DNA of 64,000 nucleotides from Trypanosoma brucei (taxonomy: Eukaryota), in assembly GCA_000002445.1 (NCBI GenBank), contig CM000208.1:608001-672000 (forward strand). The letters are read 5' to 3'. Every line of letters starts with the position of its first letter. Within the stretch, counting starts at the first letter, position 1. The position numbers and the translations under genes are program-made. This document shows positions 44,723-56,017 of the stretch, piece by piece. Below the pieces are notes generated by a model. That model was given only the letters and a program-made list of their open reading frames with translations, had not been told where the DNA came from and did no database searches.

Positions 44723-46300
44723 ATGGACCTACCCATCGAACTGCTTCTGGGGAGTGCACCAGAAAGGCAGCGATACCTGCGGGCGGTGCATATCCTCTTC
44801 AACAGCGTCGGTGATGCACTGAAAGCAAACGCTCGCCAGCAACTTCTCATGGCCACAGCGAATGATTTGACGCGAGGTCTGAGCGTAGCCGATTTCTGTC
44901 AGTTTCGCAGGAAGTGTTTCGAAAATGAGGACTGGTGTAAGTGTGTATACCCACTTCTCGAGCAAGATGAGAACGTTGTTGCTGATCGGGCGGAAGCGGC
45001 AGTGCAGGAGGCGCTTTCGGCTGTCAGATTCCCCGGAGGTGGAGAGAGCAGCACCGAACCTGTTCTGGTCTTTTTATCGACTTCAAAGAGGAGCCGTTCG
45101 GAAATAGCGGAGGAATTTGAAATACCGGGAAAACTGAGGTTAGCAGAAGTTTTTGCCAATGTGGGTGATTACGGGGCAATGTATGACACCCTCACGCATC
45201 TCTTTGTTCCCTTGCAGTCCGGCCTCCAACTAACGGCACGTTCGCACAGGTTACCACTTTTGCTCCTTCAGCTACAAGTAATCAAAAGAACCACAGAACT
45301 GTGGCTCGGAGCTGGAAACGTGGAAGCCGTACGTGGCTACGTGGGGGAATCAACTAGTACTGTGTTAACCGATGCAGTACAAGCCATAGCGGTTGAAAAC
45401 GGGAGCGGTTCTGTATACTTTCCGAGTCATCAAGTTACTGTAGAAGCGGTAACGGACGAGATAGAGCAACTGCTACTGTTTTTTTCCATTGTTCGCGCCC
45501 TCTGTCTCTTTGAAAGTGGTGATTTTTGTGGGTTTGTGTGTTCTTTTACACCTGAAGGCCTACGAGGGACAAACTGGGCTCAGGCGGCTGGAGATATGCT
45601 TGTAGAACGGGGTGCGACACAAGTCGCAGCATCTTTTGGAGGGCGCATTAGCAGACCTGGTGTACTTCCTGTCATTCATAATCTGCGACGTGTTGTGGAG
45701 GAGAGCGTTACAACAGGGGTGCAGCTGGGTGCCATGCTCTTGCTTTCCGCCGTTGCGACACGACCACGCGCGGAGGCAATGGAGCTTGTAACGCGTATAG
45801 ATATTATGCAACTCTGGGAAGATATACCCGAAGCTCACACGCTCGTTCACGCTCTACAACAGGCGAACTTTGCAGACGCCCTTCACGCAGCATCAGTGCT
45901 CGCATTCGTGTACCTAAAGACCGACTTGTTTGCTTATAAGCACTGCGAATGTTTATTATATCAGTATAAACAAACTGTTATAATGAGATACGTTAGCTGT
46001 TTCATCAGCCTTGACTTAAAAAGGGCTGCTATGCATCTGTCAATCCCTCTTCGGGAGTTGGTACACATTGTGCGAGAGCTGATAGAGAAGGAACACATTT
46101 CAGCGAAGATAGACCTTGTGGCGTATATGCTAGTGAGTGCGGACGCGTTTTCACCAACTGACACTGCAGCAACTGACAGGAATCTACTTTTTGATTGCAT
46201 TAACCGCAGCAGAAAATGCGCCGAGGAACTCGAACAGTCGTTACGTCTTTTGTCCGCACAACGGGATAATGCCTCATCTGGGGTGGAGTTTGGACCATAA
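44723..46300 (+). CDS. PCI-domain-like protein (proteasome lid / COP9 signalosome / eIF3-type subunit)
   Basis: The helical N-terminal part is followed by a C-terminal winged-helix-like block ...KQTVIMRYVSCFISLDLKRAAMHLSIPLRELVHIVRELIEKEHISAKIDLVAYMLV, which is typical of PCI domains. The family assignment is an inference. Confidence 0.35.
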   Translation: MDLPIELLLGSAPERQRYLRAVHILFNSVGDALKANARQQLLMATANDLTRGLSVADFCQFRRKCFENEDWCKCVYPLLEQDENVVADRAEAAVQEALSAVRFPGGGESSTEPVLVFLSTSKRSRSEIAEEFEIPGKLRLAEVFANVGDYGAMYDTLTHLFVPLQSGLQLTARSHRLPLLLLQLQVIKRTTELWLGAGNVEAVRGYVGESTSTVLTDAVQAIAVENGSGSVYFPSHQVTVEAVTDEIEQLLLFFSIVRALCLFESGDFCGFVCSFTPEGLRGTNWAQAAGDMLVERGATQVAASFGGRISRPGVLPVIHNLRRVVEESVTTGVQLGAMLLLSAVATRPRAEAMELVTRIDIMQLWEDIPEAHTLVHALQQANFADALHAASVLAFVYLKTDLFAYKHCECLLYQYKQTVIMRYVSCFISLDLKRAAMHLSIPLRELVHIVRELIEKEHISAKIDLVAYMLVSADAFSPTDTAATDRNLLFDCINRSRKCAEELEQSLRLLSAQRDNASSGVEFGP

Positions 46301-46531
46301 GCGCGCGGCCGCATGCTCTCCCACTGCGTGCAAACGTTAAGTCGAATCACAGATCATTTTTGCGGTGCATGCCCTTCTTATTCTCTAATTGGAGGTATTT
46401 GTTTCTGGTTTATTTATTTCTTCATAATTTTCCACTAACCCCATTCCATATTTTTTTGCCCACTAGGTGCCGTGCAAGAGGTATTTACCGTACCATCGTT
46501 CTTTGCGCCTGCAACCCGCCTATACGAATAT

Positions 46532-48730
46532 ATGGGTCCGAAAACTCAGGAGGCGCGACCACCTCTACCCGGAACGCCGATGCCACCAATCGATCCCATC
46601 TTTGCAATCACGGGCCCCAGTGCTGGCGTGCTGCATGTCAACACAGCAGACCTGCTCCCAGATCAAAGAAACAAGCTTGATGACAACATTTCCCGCGCCA
46701 TTAGTGACTGCTTGAAATCAGTGGTTGTTCCTCTAGATCGATATTGGAGGGCGGCATCACAGCACCACACCTTACTCTGCTCCACTTCTGAGGATGGTGC
46801 TGTGGATAGTTCCAACACTGAGGGTGCTACCCCGTCGCACTGGCCAGCGGCAGAAAGAATACCAGATCCGGAAAATATTCCGTACACATTCTACAGCACA
46901 AGGATGGAAGCCATCATTCGACGGAGCTACCAGAAGGACCGCGGTGAGGTTCTCGTTGCCGCCGACGTGCGCAGTGGAAACAGTGGAAAGATTTTCAACA
47001 CTCTCCGTCGACGGGAGATCGCGTCCTTTGTGAACGCGATTCCTCTTGTACCGCAACGAAATCTTTATGTGATGATCGATAAAGACGCCGCAGTTGACCC
47101 TTTTTTCGATATAGACTGCAGCCCACCGTTTGAGTGGTTGAATTTTCCCACCGAAGTTGCGGAGGGTGAAAATTTACCTTCAAATGGAAGTCGCGCTAAA
47201 GATTCCTCCTCACAGCCCCCAGTGCACATTGACACAGCGGTTGTTGAACGGTGTCTCCTGCAGATCTTGCAGTACTTACGGGATGTAGTTGAGGAGTACG
47301 CGGGTGCGAAGTTGGAGCATTGCTTGGTGCTAACGGGTTCAGTTCTTGTGAGTGAATCTAGTGTTGGACCCTCAGCGCACACCGGGGCGACCAGACGGCA
47401 TAATCTGCTCAGCAGCAAAGACACCAAACTGAGCTTCCATGTTCATTTCCGTTTGGAGAAAAATGTTGTATTCAGTAACATCCGAGAACTCCACAAATTC
47501 ATGATGAAGATTAGAGGTGGTATAGATGATTCTTTCAATAAGGCGGGGGACCGTGAGACCCGCTCATTTTACCACATGTTGCAGTGTTGCATTGACTTCG
47601 GAGTGTACTCGCGCTGGAGAGCCTTCAGATTGCCGTATAATGTAAAAGCTTCTTCGGACGGTTTGAACACCATGAACGCGGCGAGTTTCAACTCCGCGAT
47701 TGACGCCGCGACGAAGTCACCTTTTAGAACGGCTTTGATACCAAATCTTAGCGTAGGTGAGGCTTCCCATTCCATCGTGCATGAAATTGATTTGAGCACT
47801 CTGCAGGACTCACTCTTGTACTTTGAACCCACAAAGAAGCAGCAAGAACATCATGCTTTACTCACCAAATTGTTTGGTGTTTTCAGATTCTTACTTCCTG
47901 TTGTGCCCAAAGTAACAGCCATAGGAAACGCTGAACTTGCTAAATTCTTGTTGGCTCACCAGCCCCCCTTTCCACCCACTGAGGAATCCGTCAACCCATC
48001 TTACAGGGATGATCTAGCGCGAGTAGTGTTCGAACTGGCTCTGATTCAGCGGGATGCCAGTAATTTGATGAATGAAGGTGATGACAAAAACACATTTAAC
48101 TTCATCATGTGGAGTGATTCCGCAGAGGATGAGCGGGATAACGCACTCATCCAGGGTCCCTTCGGCATTAACCGGCCACCTTTGCGTGATGGGGCGCGTG
48201 CGCCAGTTCGTGATAGCCGGATTAAGAAATTGATAGCTGAAGTTTTTCACTGTTTGTCTCCTGCTTTTGGTGGTGGTTTGAAAAGCAATTTACAAGCTCA
48301 ATCATCGGACATCTTGCGTCAAAGTGGCTCCTACATAACGGCGGATTCGCTCAGTGTGGATTATCAGGATGGCGTACGTTTCTATTATGTACGTCAAAAG
48401 TCGTCCAAGTTTTGCATTAGGTTGGGCCGTGAGCATCGATCGACTTACCCTCAGCTCTACCTGACCTACGGATCTATTAAAATTCGTTGTTACAGCAACG
48501 ATTGCTCTGGCAAGTGCCACTGTTTGAAATGGTCTCCAAACGACAATGAGCGGATTTGTGGCAGCTCTGCGGTGCTGCTGTCTGTGGATGACAACGGTTA
48601 TCCAAAGTACGACCGTTTAGCGGAGATCCGTGACCTTCTTTTCCCACCGCTGTCGCAGGAGGAGCTTATAAGGCGCTATGGCATTACTTCAGTAGCATCG
48701 GGAGATGAAGATATCGTCCAACAGTGGTGA
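46532..48730 (+). CDS. PPL: PrimPol-like protein (archaeo-eukaryotic primase-polymerase) with a UL52-type zinc finger; the track ORF starts at GTG 46472, first ATG at 46532
   Basis: AEP motif I FFDIDCS (DxD). Motif II LSFHVHF (SxH). Motif III CIDFGVYSRWRAFRLPYNVKAS (compare human PrimPol IDEGVY..NRNFRLY.SSK). C-terminal zinc finger FCIRLGREH...RCYSNDCSGKCHC (C-x7-H ... C-x4-C). A splice-acceptor-like pyrimidine tract plus AG lies at 46410-46466. Confidence 0.6.
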   Translation: MGPKTQEARPPLPGTPMPPIDPIFAITGPSAGVLHVNTADLLPDQRNKLDDNISRAISDCLKSVVVPLDRYWRAASQHHTLLCSTSEDGAVDSSNTEGATPSHWPAAERIPDPENIPYTFYSTRMEAIIRRSYQKDRGEVLVAADVRSGNSGKIFNTLRRREIASFVNAIPLVPQRNLYVMIDKDAAVDPFFDIDCSPPFEWLNFPTEVAEGENLPSNGSRAKDSSSQPPVHIDTAVVERCLLQILQYLRDVVEEYAGAKLEHCLVLTGSVLVSESSVGPSAHTGATRRHNLLSSKDTKLSFHVHFRLEKNVVFSNIRELHKFMMKIRGGIDDSFNKAGDRETRSFYHMLQCCIDFGVYSRWRAFRLPYNVKASSDGLNTMNAASFNSAIDAATKSPFRTALIPNLSVGEASHSIVHEIDLSTLQDSLLYFEPTKKQQEHHALLTKLFGVFRFLLPVVPKVTAIGNAELAKFLLAHQPPFPPTEESVNPSYRDDLARVVFELALIQRDASNLMNEGDDKNTFNFIMWSDSAEDERDNALIQGPFGINRPPLRDGARAPVRDSRIKKLIAEVFHCLSPAFGGGLKSNLQAQSSDILRQSGSYITADSLSVDYQDGVRFYYVRQKSSKFCIRLGREHRSTYPQLYLTYGSIKIRCYSNDCSGKCHCLKWSPNDNERICGSSAVLLSVDDNGYPKYDRLAEIRDLLFPPLSQEELIRRYGITSVASGDEDIVQQW

Positions 48731-48784
48731 AGGTGGTTTAGGTTTGTATTGGTGGTTGTGTGCAACAAGTAGTGTGTTTCACAA

Positions 48785-48818
48785 CCCCCCCCCTTCCCTT
48801 CCCTTCCCTTCCCTTCCC
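48785..48818. repeat. C9 run followed by (CCCTT)5
   Basis: ccccccccc ttcccttcccttcccttcccttccc, seen directly in the 3' flank of the PrimPol-like gene. Confidence 0.85.
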
Positions 48819-49087
48819 TCGTGTTACACCTCGGTTTGGGTTGCGCAGTTGTTGAATGATTTTTGACTGTGGTTCCTAACGCATTTTTGCACTGAGGCAG
48901 TAATAAAGGGAAGTTAGAGGGCGCCACAGTTGGGTAATCGGAGTTCATTGATCTCATTTGGAATTTTTGTTGATTGTATCCACTGTGAACAACTTATCCT
49001 GTCGTGTCCATCAGATTCTTCCGTTTGACGTGTTTTTGAGTGGTCTTTTCTCTCCTTTTCCTCCTCGCCATTACATGTTTTGACGTT

Positions 49088-49090
<3 letters not shown>

Positions 49091-49133
<43 letters not shown>

Positions 49134-49142
49134 GTGTTTTGG
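49091..49142. repeat. (TG)~25 microsatellite
   Basis: Seen directly; intergenic, upstream of the adenylate kinase. Confidence 0.9.
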
Positions 49143-49222
49143 TTGTTTACACTTGATGAGCTGTAGTAGAAAGAGAAACAAACTAAATAAGTTGGCAGGT
49201 GTTTTGGCCGAGTAGTTGAATC

Positions 49223-49891
49223 ATGAAGGTAATTTTTCTTGGACCTCCAGGCTGCGGGAAGGGGACGCAGAGCCCCTTTGTCGCCAAGCGTTACGACATT
49301 TGCCATCTTTCAACAGGTGACATGTTGCGTGAGGCCGTGGAAAAAAAGACAGAGTACGGATTAAAGGCCAAATCTGTCATGGATGTCGGTGGTCTCGTCT
49401 CGGACGATATCGTCTTCGGCATAGTAAAAGAGAGCATTAAGCAACCTCGCTGCAAAAACGGTTACCTCCTCGATGGCTACCCCCGTACGTTGCGGCAGGC
49501 GGAGATGATGGAAGAGGCGGGTGAAAAGGTAAACAAAGTTATTCATTTTGATGCCCCTGATGACGTCATAATTTCGCGCGTTAGTGGTCGCTGGCTTCAT
49601 CGCGCCAGTGGCCGCATATACCATGAGGTGTTTTGCCCCCCAAAGGTGCGCGGTTTGGATGACGTAACCTCTGAACCACTCATACAGCGTCCTGACGACC
49701 GCAAGGAGGTGGTTGAGAAGCGGCTCGTTGGGTACCACCGCCAGACCAAACCACTGATTGATTATTATCGAGCCAGAGGTGTTCTTGCAACCCTGGACGC
49801 GACACAGTCTGTAAACGTTGTGCGTGAATCTCTCAGACGCGTACTTGACCCTGTTGCACGACTGATCGGTGCAAAGATACATGGGAATTAA
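49223..49891 (+). CDS. ADK: adenylate kinase (long type with LID domain)
   Basis: P-loop GPPGCGKGTQ. NMP-binding GDMLR. DGYPRTLRQAE. LID segment GRWLHRASGRIYHEVFCPPKVRGLDDVTSEPLIQRPDD. Confidence 0.9.
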   Translation: MKVIFLGPPGCGKGTQSPFVAKRYDICHLSTGDMLREAVEKKTEYGLKAKSVMDVGGLVSDDIVFGIVKESIKQPRCKNGYLLDGYPRTLRQAEMMEEAGEKVNKVIHFDAPDDVIISRVSGRWLHRASGRIYHEVFCPPKVRGLDDVTSEPLIQRPDDRKEVVEKRLVGYHRQTKPLIDYYRARGVLATLDATQSVNVVRESLRRVLDPVARLIGAKIHGN

Positions 49892-51911
49892 GGAGTTATG
49901 ATGTTGCATGTTTGGCCACCGGTTGGTGATGGCGACTTGGATTTGGTTCGGCGTAATTTAACCTGTGGTCCTGTAAGGTATCCCCCCATTTTTTTTATTT
50001 CAAGCGATTGGTTAGTTTGGAAAGAGGGAAGGACGGATAGCAAATGTGCTTGAATTCCTCCTTCGTTTTTTTCTTTATTGGTTAAAAAGGACGAATTAAC
50101 AGAGAGGGGGGGGAACGGTAATTAAGGTAGGCTAATTACAGCATATATGGGCTAAAGCAGCATAAGGGTGAATGAGGGGGAGGGAAGAAAAATAAAGAAT
50201 GAAATGAAAAAAAAAAGTATTTAACAAAGGAGCGGGATAGGTGAATAGTTGTAGGCGGATAACATGAAAGGGAGGGATGTAAAGGAAGGGTTGATTTATA
50301 GGAATGTGAGAGCGGAAGAGGAAGTTATTCCTATGGCGGTAGTAATGTCCATGGGACGGCACCGCGTGCATCGGCGACAGCGATGGTGAAGGAAAAAAAA
50401 ATGGAAAATGGAGGGGAACGATAGCAACTATGGTAACCTTAACAGAATCTGTAGGTGAGTGATCGTATGTTAGTTTTGGTTAAGGGTGAAAGGTAGGATG
50501 CAAAACCTCGGTAGCTTTTCTACCTTTATGGTTTGTTGAAGCCTCCCTTTTTTTCTTTCCGTTGTTGTTGCTGTAACAACGTGTTGATCGTATTTTAAGT
50601 GGCTTGCGGTTGGCATCCATGACTGCCACGTGTTAGCTTTGTTTCCTTTTTTTTTTTTGACCCCTTACCGACGGAAGGGTGGGCATATCAGGTATCATTC
50701 TTCCAACTTCTATTTCACAACCCCGCAGGTGCATCCACATTATCCACATTGTTGTTGTTATCATGACAGTAGCGGGTGATGGGTGCACGTTTGTGTGTGC
50801 GTGTGGACGGAGGGAAAAGGGAAGGGGAAATTGGAGATTCTGGTTCTGTTGTTATGCGCCGTTTGTGCGCTGCGCGGTTTACTAATCCGCGTGGGTGATT
50901 TGGGGGAGTGACGTGCGATTCCCTTGACGTGTAATTCTCTTCGTTTACATGTATGCATTAATGTATATGTTTGTTTTTGTGCACAGCTGCTGTCTGGGTG
51001 CCTCTGATGACAAATACGCATATCCATGTATGCACACATCTCACTTACGACGTCTCCGCACTATCTGTGCGGTCTATACTGTTATTTTCTTACTTTTCCC
51101 TTTCTTTCTGTCGTTGTTGTGGTTCATACGCGGTTCTATGTAGCCATTCCACTTCGTCTCATTTTGTCACCTTTTTTCCCCCTCCCGCCCGCCTCTCTTT
51201 AGGATCGGTGGATGAGGTACCGGCTTCAACCTGTTGTTTGATTTCCTTCCTCTTCAATTTTTCCTTTGAAATTTCGGCATTTGTTTGGCCGACGGATGTG
51301 ACGGAAAAATAGTCGTCGGTATCAGCGACATAAATATGTTTCTTCATCTTTTTTTCTTTTTTTTTTGGGGGGCCTCAAAGGTAGCTTGTGGTGGGGAGGG
51401 TCACGTTGTGTATGGCTTCAGGGAAAGGGGTCTATTTGGTGTGTTCCTCCCCTCCCTCAGGAGCACAACTCCACGGCTACATGTTTATGCTAACCAGAGT
51501 CTCCTTCGGCTTGTATTTGGAGAACTCAACGGGTGCGTGATATTATTGCGGTGTATGACTACATTAAACGTATTCTATATATATATATATATCCTGTTTT
51601 ATTCTTTTCCTCTCCCTTTCATTTAAAAAAAAACCCTTATATAATCTTTCGAGAAGCCCAACTGGAAGCACTAAGTAGTTGGGGCGGGCGGCAGGTTCTC
51701 TTCCATTTTCGTGGTCTCATAAAGGGGAGTCCATCAGGAGAGGTAGATACCATTCCAGTAGACACTGACTGGCTTCACGCGTACTACTGCAGGTGCACCT
51801 CTTTTTTTCGTTGCGCTAGTCATACTAACCCCATTTTTTTCCTATCCCCGCCTGTAACAACCCATTGGTTCATTTCCAGTGACGATACGTCGGAAGACGG
51901 GGTGAGATACG

Positions 51912-52601
51912 ATGCACGTGTTTCTCACAGGTCCACCAGGGAGTGGAAAAACTTCTGTGAGTACGGTTCTCAAGGAACGATACGGTTTCTGTTACGTAAC
52001 TCCCATTGAGGCGGTATCTCATGCCGTAGAATACAGCGATACTGATGTGGGAGATAAACTTCGGCGTTACGTGGACGAGGGAGAACCCATCCCTGACGAC
52101 TTACTTGCACGGGCGGTGGCGGATGCCACTCGCGGCCCGGACTGTACCAATGGCTTCTTGCTGAACGATTTTCCCAAAACGGCTGAGCAAGCGCGACACC
52201 TTAAAGCGGAGGGTATAGAACCAGATGCCATCGTCGTGCTTAGTGTTCCTGATAGTTTGTTGGTTGACCGTCATGCGGGGCGATGGGTGCATCCCAGTTC
52301 GGGTCGCGTGTACCACACCTTTTACAATCCCCCTAATGTTAAGGGGCGTGACGATGTTACTGGGCAACCGCTGGTGCAGCGACCAGAAGACACGGAGGAG
52401 GCTGTACACCAGGGGCTTGTGAAGTATTACGAGAGTATTAGAGGACTTCGCGCCGTATACGGTGACCCTAGACTTTGGCACACCGTTGACGGTTTTGCTT
52501 CCCTAGATAGTGTACACGTCTCTATATGTCGTGTGTTGGATCCTATTATTGCAGACAAGACACGTCGATGGTGGTCCAAGTTGTTTTGGTGGTCAAGTTG
52601 A
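51912..52601 (+). CDS. ADK: adenylate kinase paralogue (long type)
   Basis: P-loop GPPGSGKTS. NDFPKTAEQARHL. LID GRWVHPSSGRVYHTFYNPPNVKGRDDVTGQPLVQRPED. It lies 2 kb downstream of the first adenylate kinase. Confidence 0.85.
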   Translation: MHVFLTGPPGSGKTSVSTVLKERYGFCYVTPIEAVSHAVEYSDTDVGDKLRRYVDEGEPIPDDLLARAVADATRGPDCTNGFLLNDFPKTAEQARHLKAEGIEPDAIVVLSVPDSLLVDRHAGRWVHPSSGRVYHTFYNPPNVKGRDDVTGQPLVQRPEDTEEAVHQGLVKYYESIRGLRAVYGDPRLWHTVDGFASLDSVHVSICRVLDPIIADKTRRWWSKLFWWSS

Positions 52602-52875
52602 ACCTTCCTTATCTACCATTGCTTTAAGGGCACTGTGCGCTGCATTGCTGTATCGCTGCTATAAGGGTTGCTCAGCTTTTAATCTTTGCTGGTTCACCAC
52701 AGCTCTTTCTGTGCGCACGTGTGTGCATCATACTTGAGTTTCCTTTGGTTTTCGCATCTCTTGTCCCGTGTTGCATTTTTACATCGATTATTCTTACTTT
52801 ACCTGTTGGGTGTATGGTTAAGCACGCTGTGCTATAGGTAAGAAAGCCGAAGCGAATACTGAGGGAGGTTAGGGG

Positions 52876-53949
52876 ATGGTAATTTTCTTTGGTCGAGCAC
52901 AAACCAGGCGAGTGACTGGAAAAGTAGTTGTGTTCGGTGCAACAACCAATGTAGGCAAGCACCTTTCACTACTACTAACTCTTTCTCCGCAGGTCAAGGA
53001 ACTGTGCTGTTTTGACCCGCTAAATGACGTCACACTTCGTATGACGGAGACACGTGTCCGCGGGATTGTGAAGGACCTCTCACATATCGATACTGGTGTT
53101 GTTTTGAGAGCTGTTGATGACCCGCAGCAGTGGGAACCAGCCATGAGGAACGCACAGTTGGTGCTTATCTGCACTGGCAGCATTCCCAACCCGAGTCGTC
53201 TGCAACGTGACCTTGCACTCGCGGAGTGTGCACCAGAGTATCTCGTTGCGATGGAATTAGTGGCCAGGGCAGCTCCCCACGCCATCGTTGGTATCGCTTC
53301 TGGTCCTGTTAACTCCTTAGTGCCGTTAGCGAGAGAGGTGCTTCTGCGACACAGTGCATTTGACCCACGCAAGCTTTTTGGCATAACTTCACGTGATGTT
53401 ATGCGAACGCGGGTTCTTTTTGCAAAGGAACTGCACATGAACCCTTACGATGTGAATGTGCATGTTGTAGGTGGAAAAGGTGATGCTACTGTTTGTCCAC
53501 TGATTACACAGACGGGATTCCAACTGCCACATCAGCGAATGGTACAGCTCTGCGAGGAGGTCCAACGTCCTGAGAATTTTACAGCAGGCGACCACAACTC
53601 CACGGGGTGTCGCGTTGACAGCCAAAACGTTCAAGGCCAAGAAAAGTTTACGTGCCCCACCTTGTCGACTGCAAACGCAGCATATGAATGGGTCACTTCG
53701 ATAATGAAGGCACAACGTGGAGACCGTGGCATTACCGAGTGCTCTTTTGTAGAATCTTCGATAAAGAGAGAGACGCCTTTTTTCAGCTCGCGCGTTGAAC
53801 TTGGTGAGGAGGGCGCTGCGCAGCTTTTACCATTGGGTGCTTTGACACCGTATGAGGAGGAACTTGTGGCAGCTGCTGTGCCGCTGATTGTGGAAGATGT
53901 TGAAGCTGGTTTGCGTTTATCCAAGACAGGGGTAGATGCAGTTTCATGA
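52876..53949 (+). CDS. malate dehydrogenase-related paralogue, predicted catalytically altered (GGHSG His replaced by Lys; ~60-aa insertion)
   Basis: Rossmann motif VVVFGATTNVGKHLSLLL. NPV block IASGPVNSLVP. FGITSRDVMRTR retains the Asp/Arg. However, 'VVGGKGDAT' stands where the adjacent MDH has 'VVGGHSGPT'. There is an insertion ...QLPHQRMVQLCEEVQRPENFTAGDHNSTGCRVDSQNVQGQEKFTCPTLS. Confidence 0.7.
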   Translation: MVIFFGRAQTRRVTGKVVVFGATTNVGKHLSLLLTLSPQVKELCCFDPLNDVTLRMTETRVRGIVKDLSHIDTGVVLRAVDDPQQWEPAMRNAQLVLICTGSIPNPSRLQRDLALAECAPEYLVAMELVARAAPHAIVGIASGPVNSLVPLAREVLLRHSAFDPRKLFGITSRDVMRTRVLFAKELHMNPYDVNVHVVGGKGDATVCPLITQTGFQLPHQRMVQLCEEVQRPENFTAGDHNSTGCRVDSQNVQGQEKFTCPTLSTANAAYEWVTSIMKAQRGDRGITECSFVESSIKRETPFFSSRVELGEEGAAQLLPLGALTPYEEELVAAAVPLIVEDVEAGLRLSKTGVDAVS

Positions 53950-54389
53950 GACCCAGCGCTGTGAGTCTTTTCTCTCTTGTTGTGATTAATATCGAAATGT
54001 TGTTTAGTAGCGCTCGTTGGTTAACTTGTACACTTTTTTCTAATAGGGGAGCAAAAGTTATTGCAACTCTTATTTGTTCTTGGCGATCTAGTTCTATCCG
54101 TTTCTGTGCTCGCCTCCGTGTGTATAGGTTTGCGTGTGTTTGATAGCCGCTTGTTTTTTCTTGTCGCTTGCTTATACTTCCTTACACTTTACTTTACTGC
54201 TAATGCTAATGCTCTTGACACTACTAAAGTGATAACAAAACAACAAGGTCAAGCATTAGTGACATTAATTTAATATTGAAGCGAACAGAGGTGTACACGT
54301 ACACTTCCCTATCACTTGGCATTTTCTCTCAAGAGAGGAAATTGCAGCGATCATAATAAGGTTCAAAGAAGAAAATATTTACAACCGAT

Positions 54390-55346
54390 ATGCGTACCAG
54401 TGCAACTCTCCAGTTTAAAGTTGCCGTCCTCGGTGCTGCCGGTGGTATTGGTCAACCGTTATCGCTTATCCTGAAAACCAATCCTCTTGTGTCTCACTTG
54501 AGTTGTTATGACATACATGGTGTGACAGGCGTGGCTGCAGACCTCTCGCACATTTGTTCTCCAGCTAAGGTGACTGGTCACCTGAAAGATGAACTTCACA
54601 AAGCAGTTGACGGAGCTGACGTTGTCATCATCCCCGCGGGCACACCGCGAAAGCCGGGGATGACTCGCGAAGATCTCTTCAGTGTTAATGCAACGATCGT
54701 TCGAGACCTCGTATCGGCTTGTGCAAAACAATGCCCCAAGGCTCTTATCGGTGTTGTTTCCAACCCTGTCAACAGTGTTGTACCTATTGCTTCGGAGGTG
54801 CTCAAAAAGGCTGGTGTCTTTGACCCTGCTCGCCTCTTTGGCATAACCACGCTTGATGTGGTGAGAGCTCGAACATTTGTGGCTGAGGCCGCTGGTAAGA
54901 GTCCGTATGACGTTAATGTTCAGGTGGTGGGTGGACACAGTGGTCCGACTATTATTCCATTATTATCTCAAGCTGGTGTATCATTGACGGAGGAACAAGT
55001 CAAGGCTATAACGCGACGAGTGCAGTATGGCGGTGACGAAGTTGTGAAAGCTAAAGGAGGGGCGGGTTCAGCAACTCTTTCAATGGCGTACGCCGCTGGG
55101 GAATGGATGTCCTCCGTGTTGAAAGGGCTTCGTGGTGACAAGGGTATCGTGGAGTGTACGTATGTTCAGACGGATATTATTCCCGGCGTGAACTTTTTCG
55201 GTTGCCCGGTGGAACTTGGGAAAGGTGGCGTTGAAAAGATTCACAAACCTGTGTTTGACGCGTATGAACAGAGTCTTTTGGAGAAATGTGTTGCGGACTT
55301 GGAGAAAAATATCGCAGCAGGTTTTGCCTTCGGTTCCAGACAGTGA
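54390..55346 (+). CDS. mMDH: malate dehydrogenase (mitochondrial-type, LDH/MDH family)
   Basis: [19 protein letters not shown]. Substrate loop [22 protein letters not shown]. Catalytic [17 protein letters not shown]. Full-length 318 aa. Confidence 0.9.
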   Translation: MRTSATLQFKVAVLGAAGGIGQPLSLILKTNPLVSHLSCYDIHGVTGVAADLSHICSPAKVTGHLKDELHKAVDGADVVIIPAGTPRKPGMTREDLFSVNATIVRDLVSACAKQCPKALIGVVSNPVNSVVPIASEVLKKAGVFDPARLFGITTLDVVRARTFVAEAAGKSPYDVNVQVVGGHSGPTIIPLLSQAGVSLTEEQVKAITRRVQYGGDEVVKAKGGAGSATLSMAYAAGEWMSSVLKGLRGDKGIVECTYVQTDIIPGVNFFGCPVELGKGGVEKIHKPVFDAYEQSLLEKCVADLEKNIAAGFAFGSRQ

Positions 55347-56017
55347 ACAAAAGGAATTAAAAATCGTTATTTTGTAGAAATGAGCAATAGCATTCTTTCA
55401 TATTGTCCTCAAAAACGCACTTTTTTTTTTGCTGAAATGGCGTTCAAACACACAGAATTGGCTACAAATCTCCAAGGATGGTATGGTATTAATTATCTCT
55501 GCTGAAACTGCCGGTGAATTGAACCAACTGACACTGTGACGCTTGGTCCACGTGTGGTCTAGCATGTGTTTCTAAGAGTGTATGTGGATGTAGAATGAAT
55601 AATTGAGGGGTTTGTTAACTTACAGTGTTTTATTTCCTCCCTCACTGCATAGCAGGGTGCACGAAAGCCTAGGAGAGCAGGGTGCCTGACATTTATATGT
55701 CCTTATGCATGTCTGGCAGTGATGCTTATGGGTGCACCACGGGGCATTTCTTATTTTTATCGATATCGTTTTTTTTCTTTTTTTCTTTTTTTCTTTTCTT
55801 CTTTTCATTTAGCGTTTGAGGGTGATGGTGTACTTCCCCGCGATTTCGGTTACAGGTCTTCTTACCTTTCTCTCCTTCTTTTTGCTACTGCTGTAGTTGT
55901 GCTGTCTCCAAACGTTTAAATGTTTTTCTTCGTTTATCACTCCTATATCTGTATATACGTCTGTGTGAGTATGTACGTGTGCGCAATTATTGATTGACTA
56001 TTTTAGTAAAGGCATAT

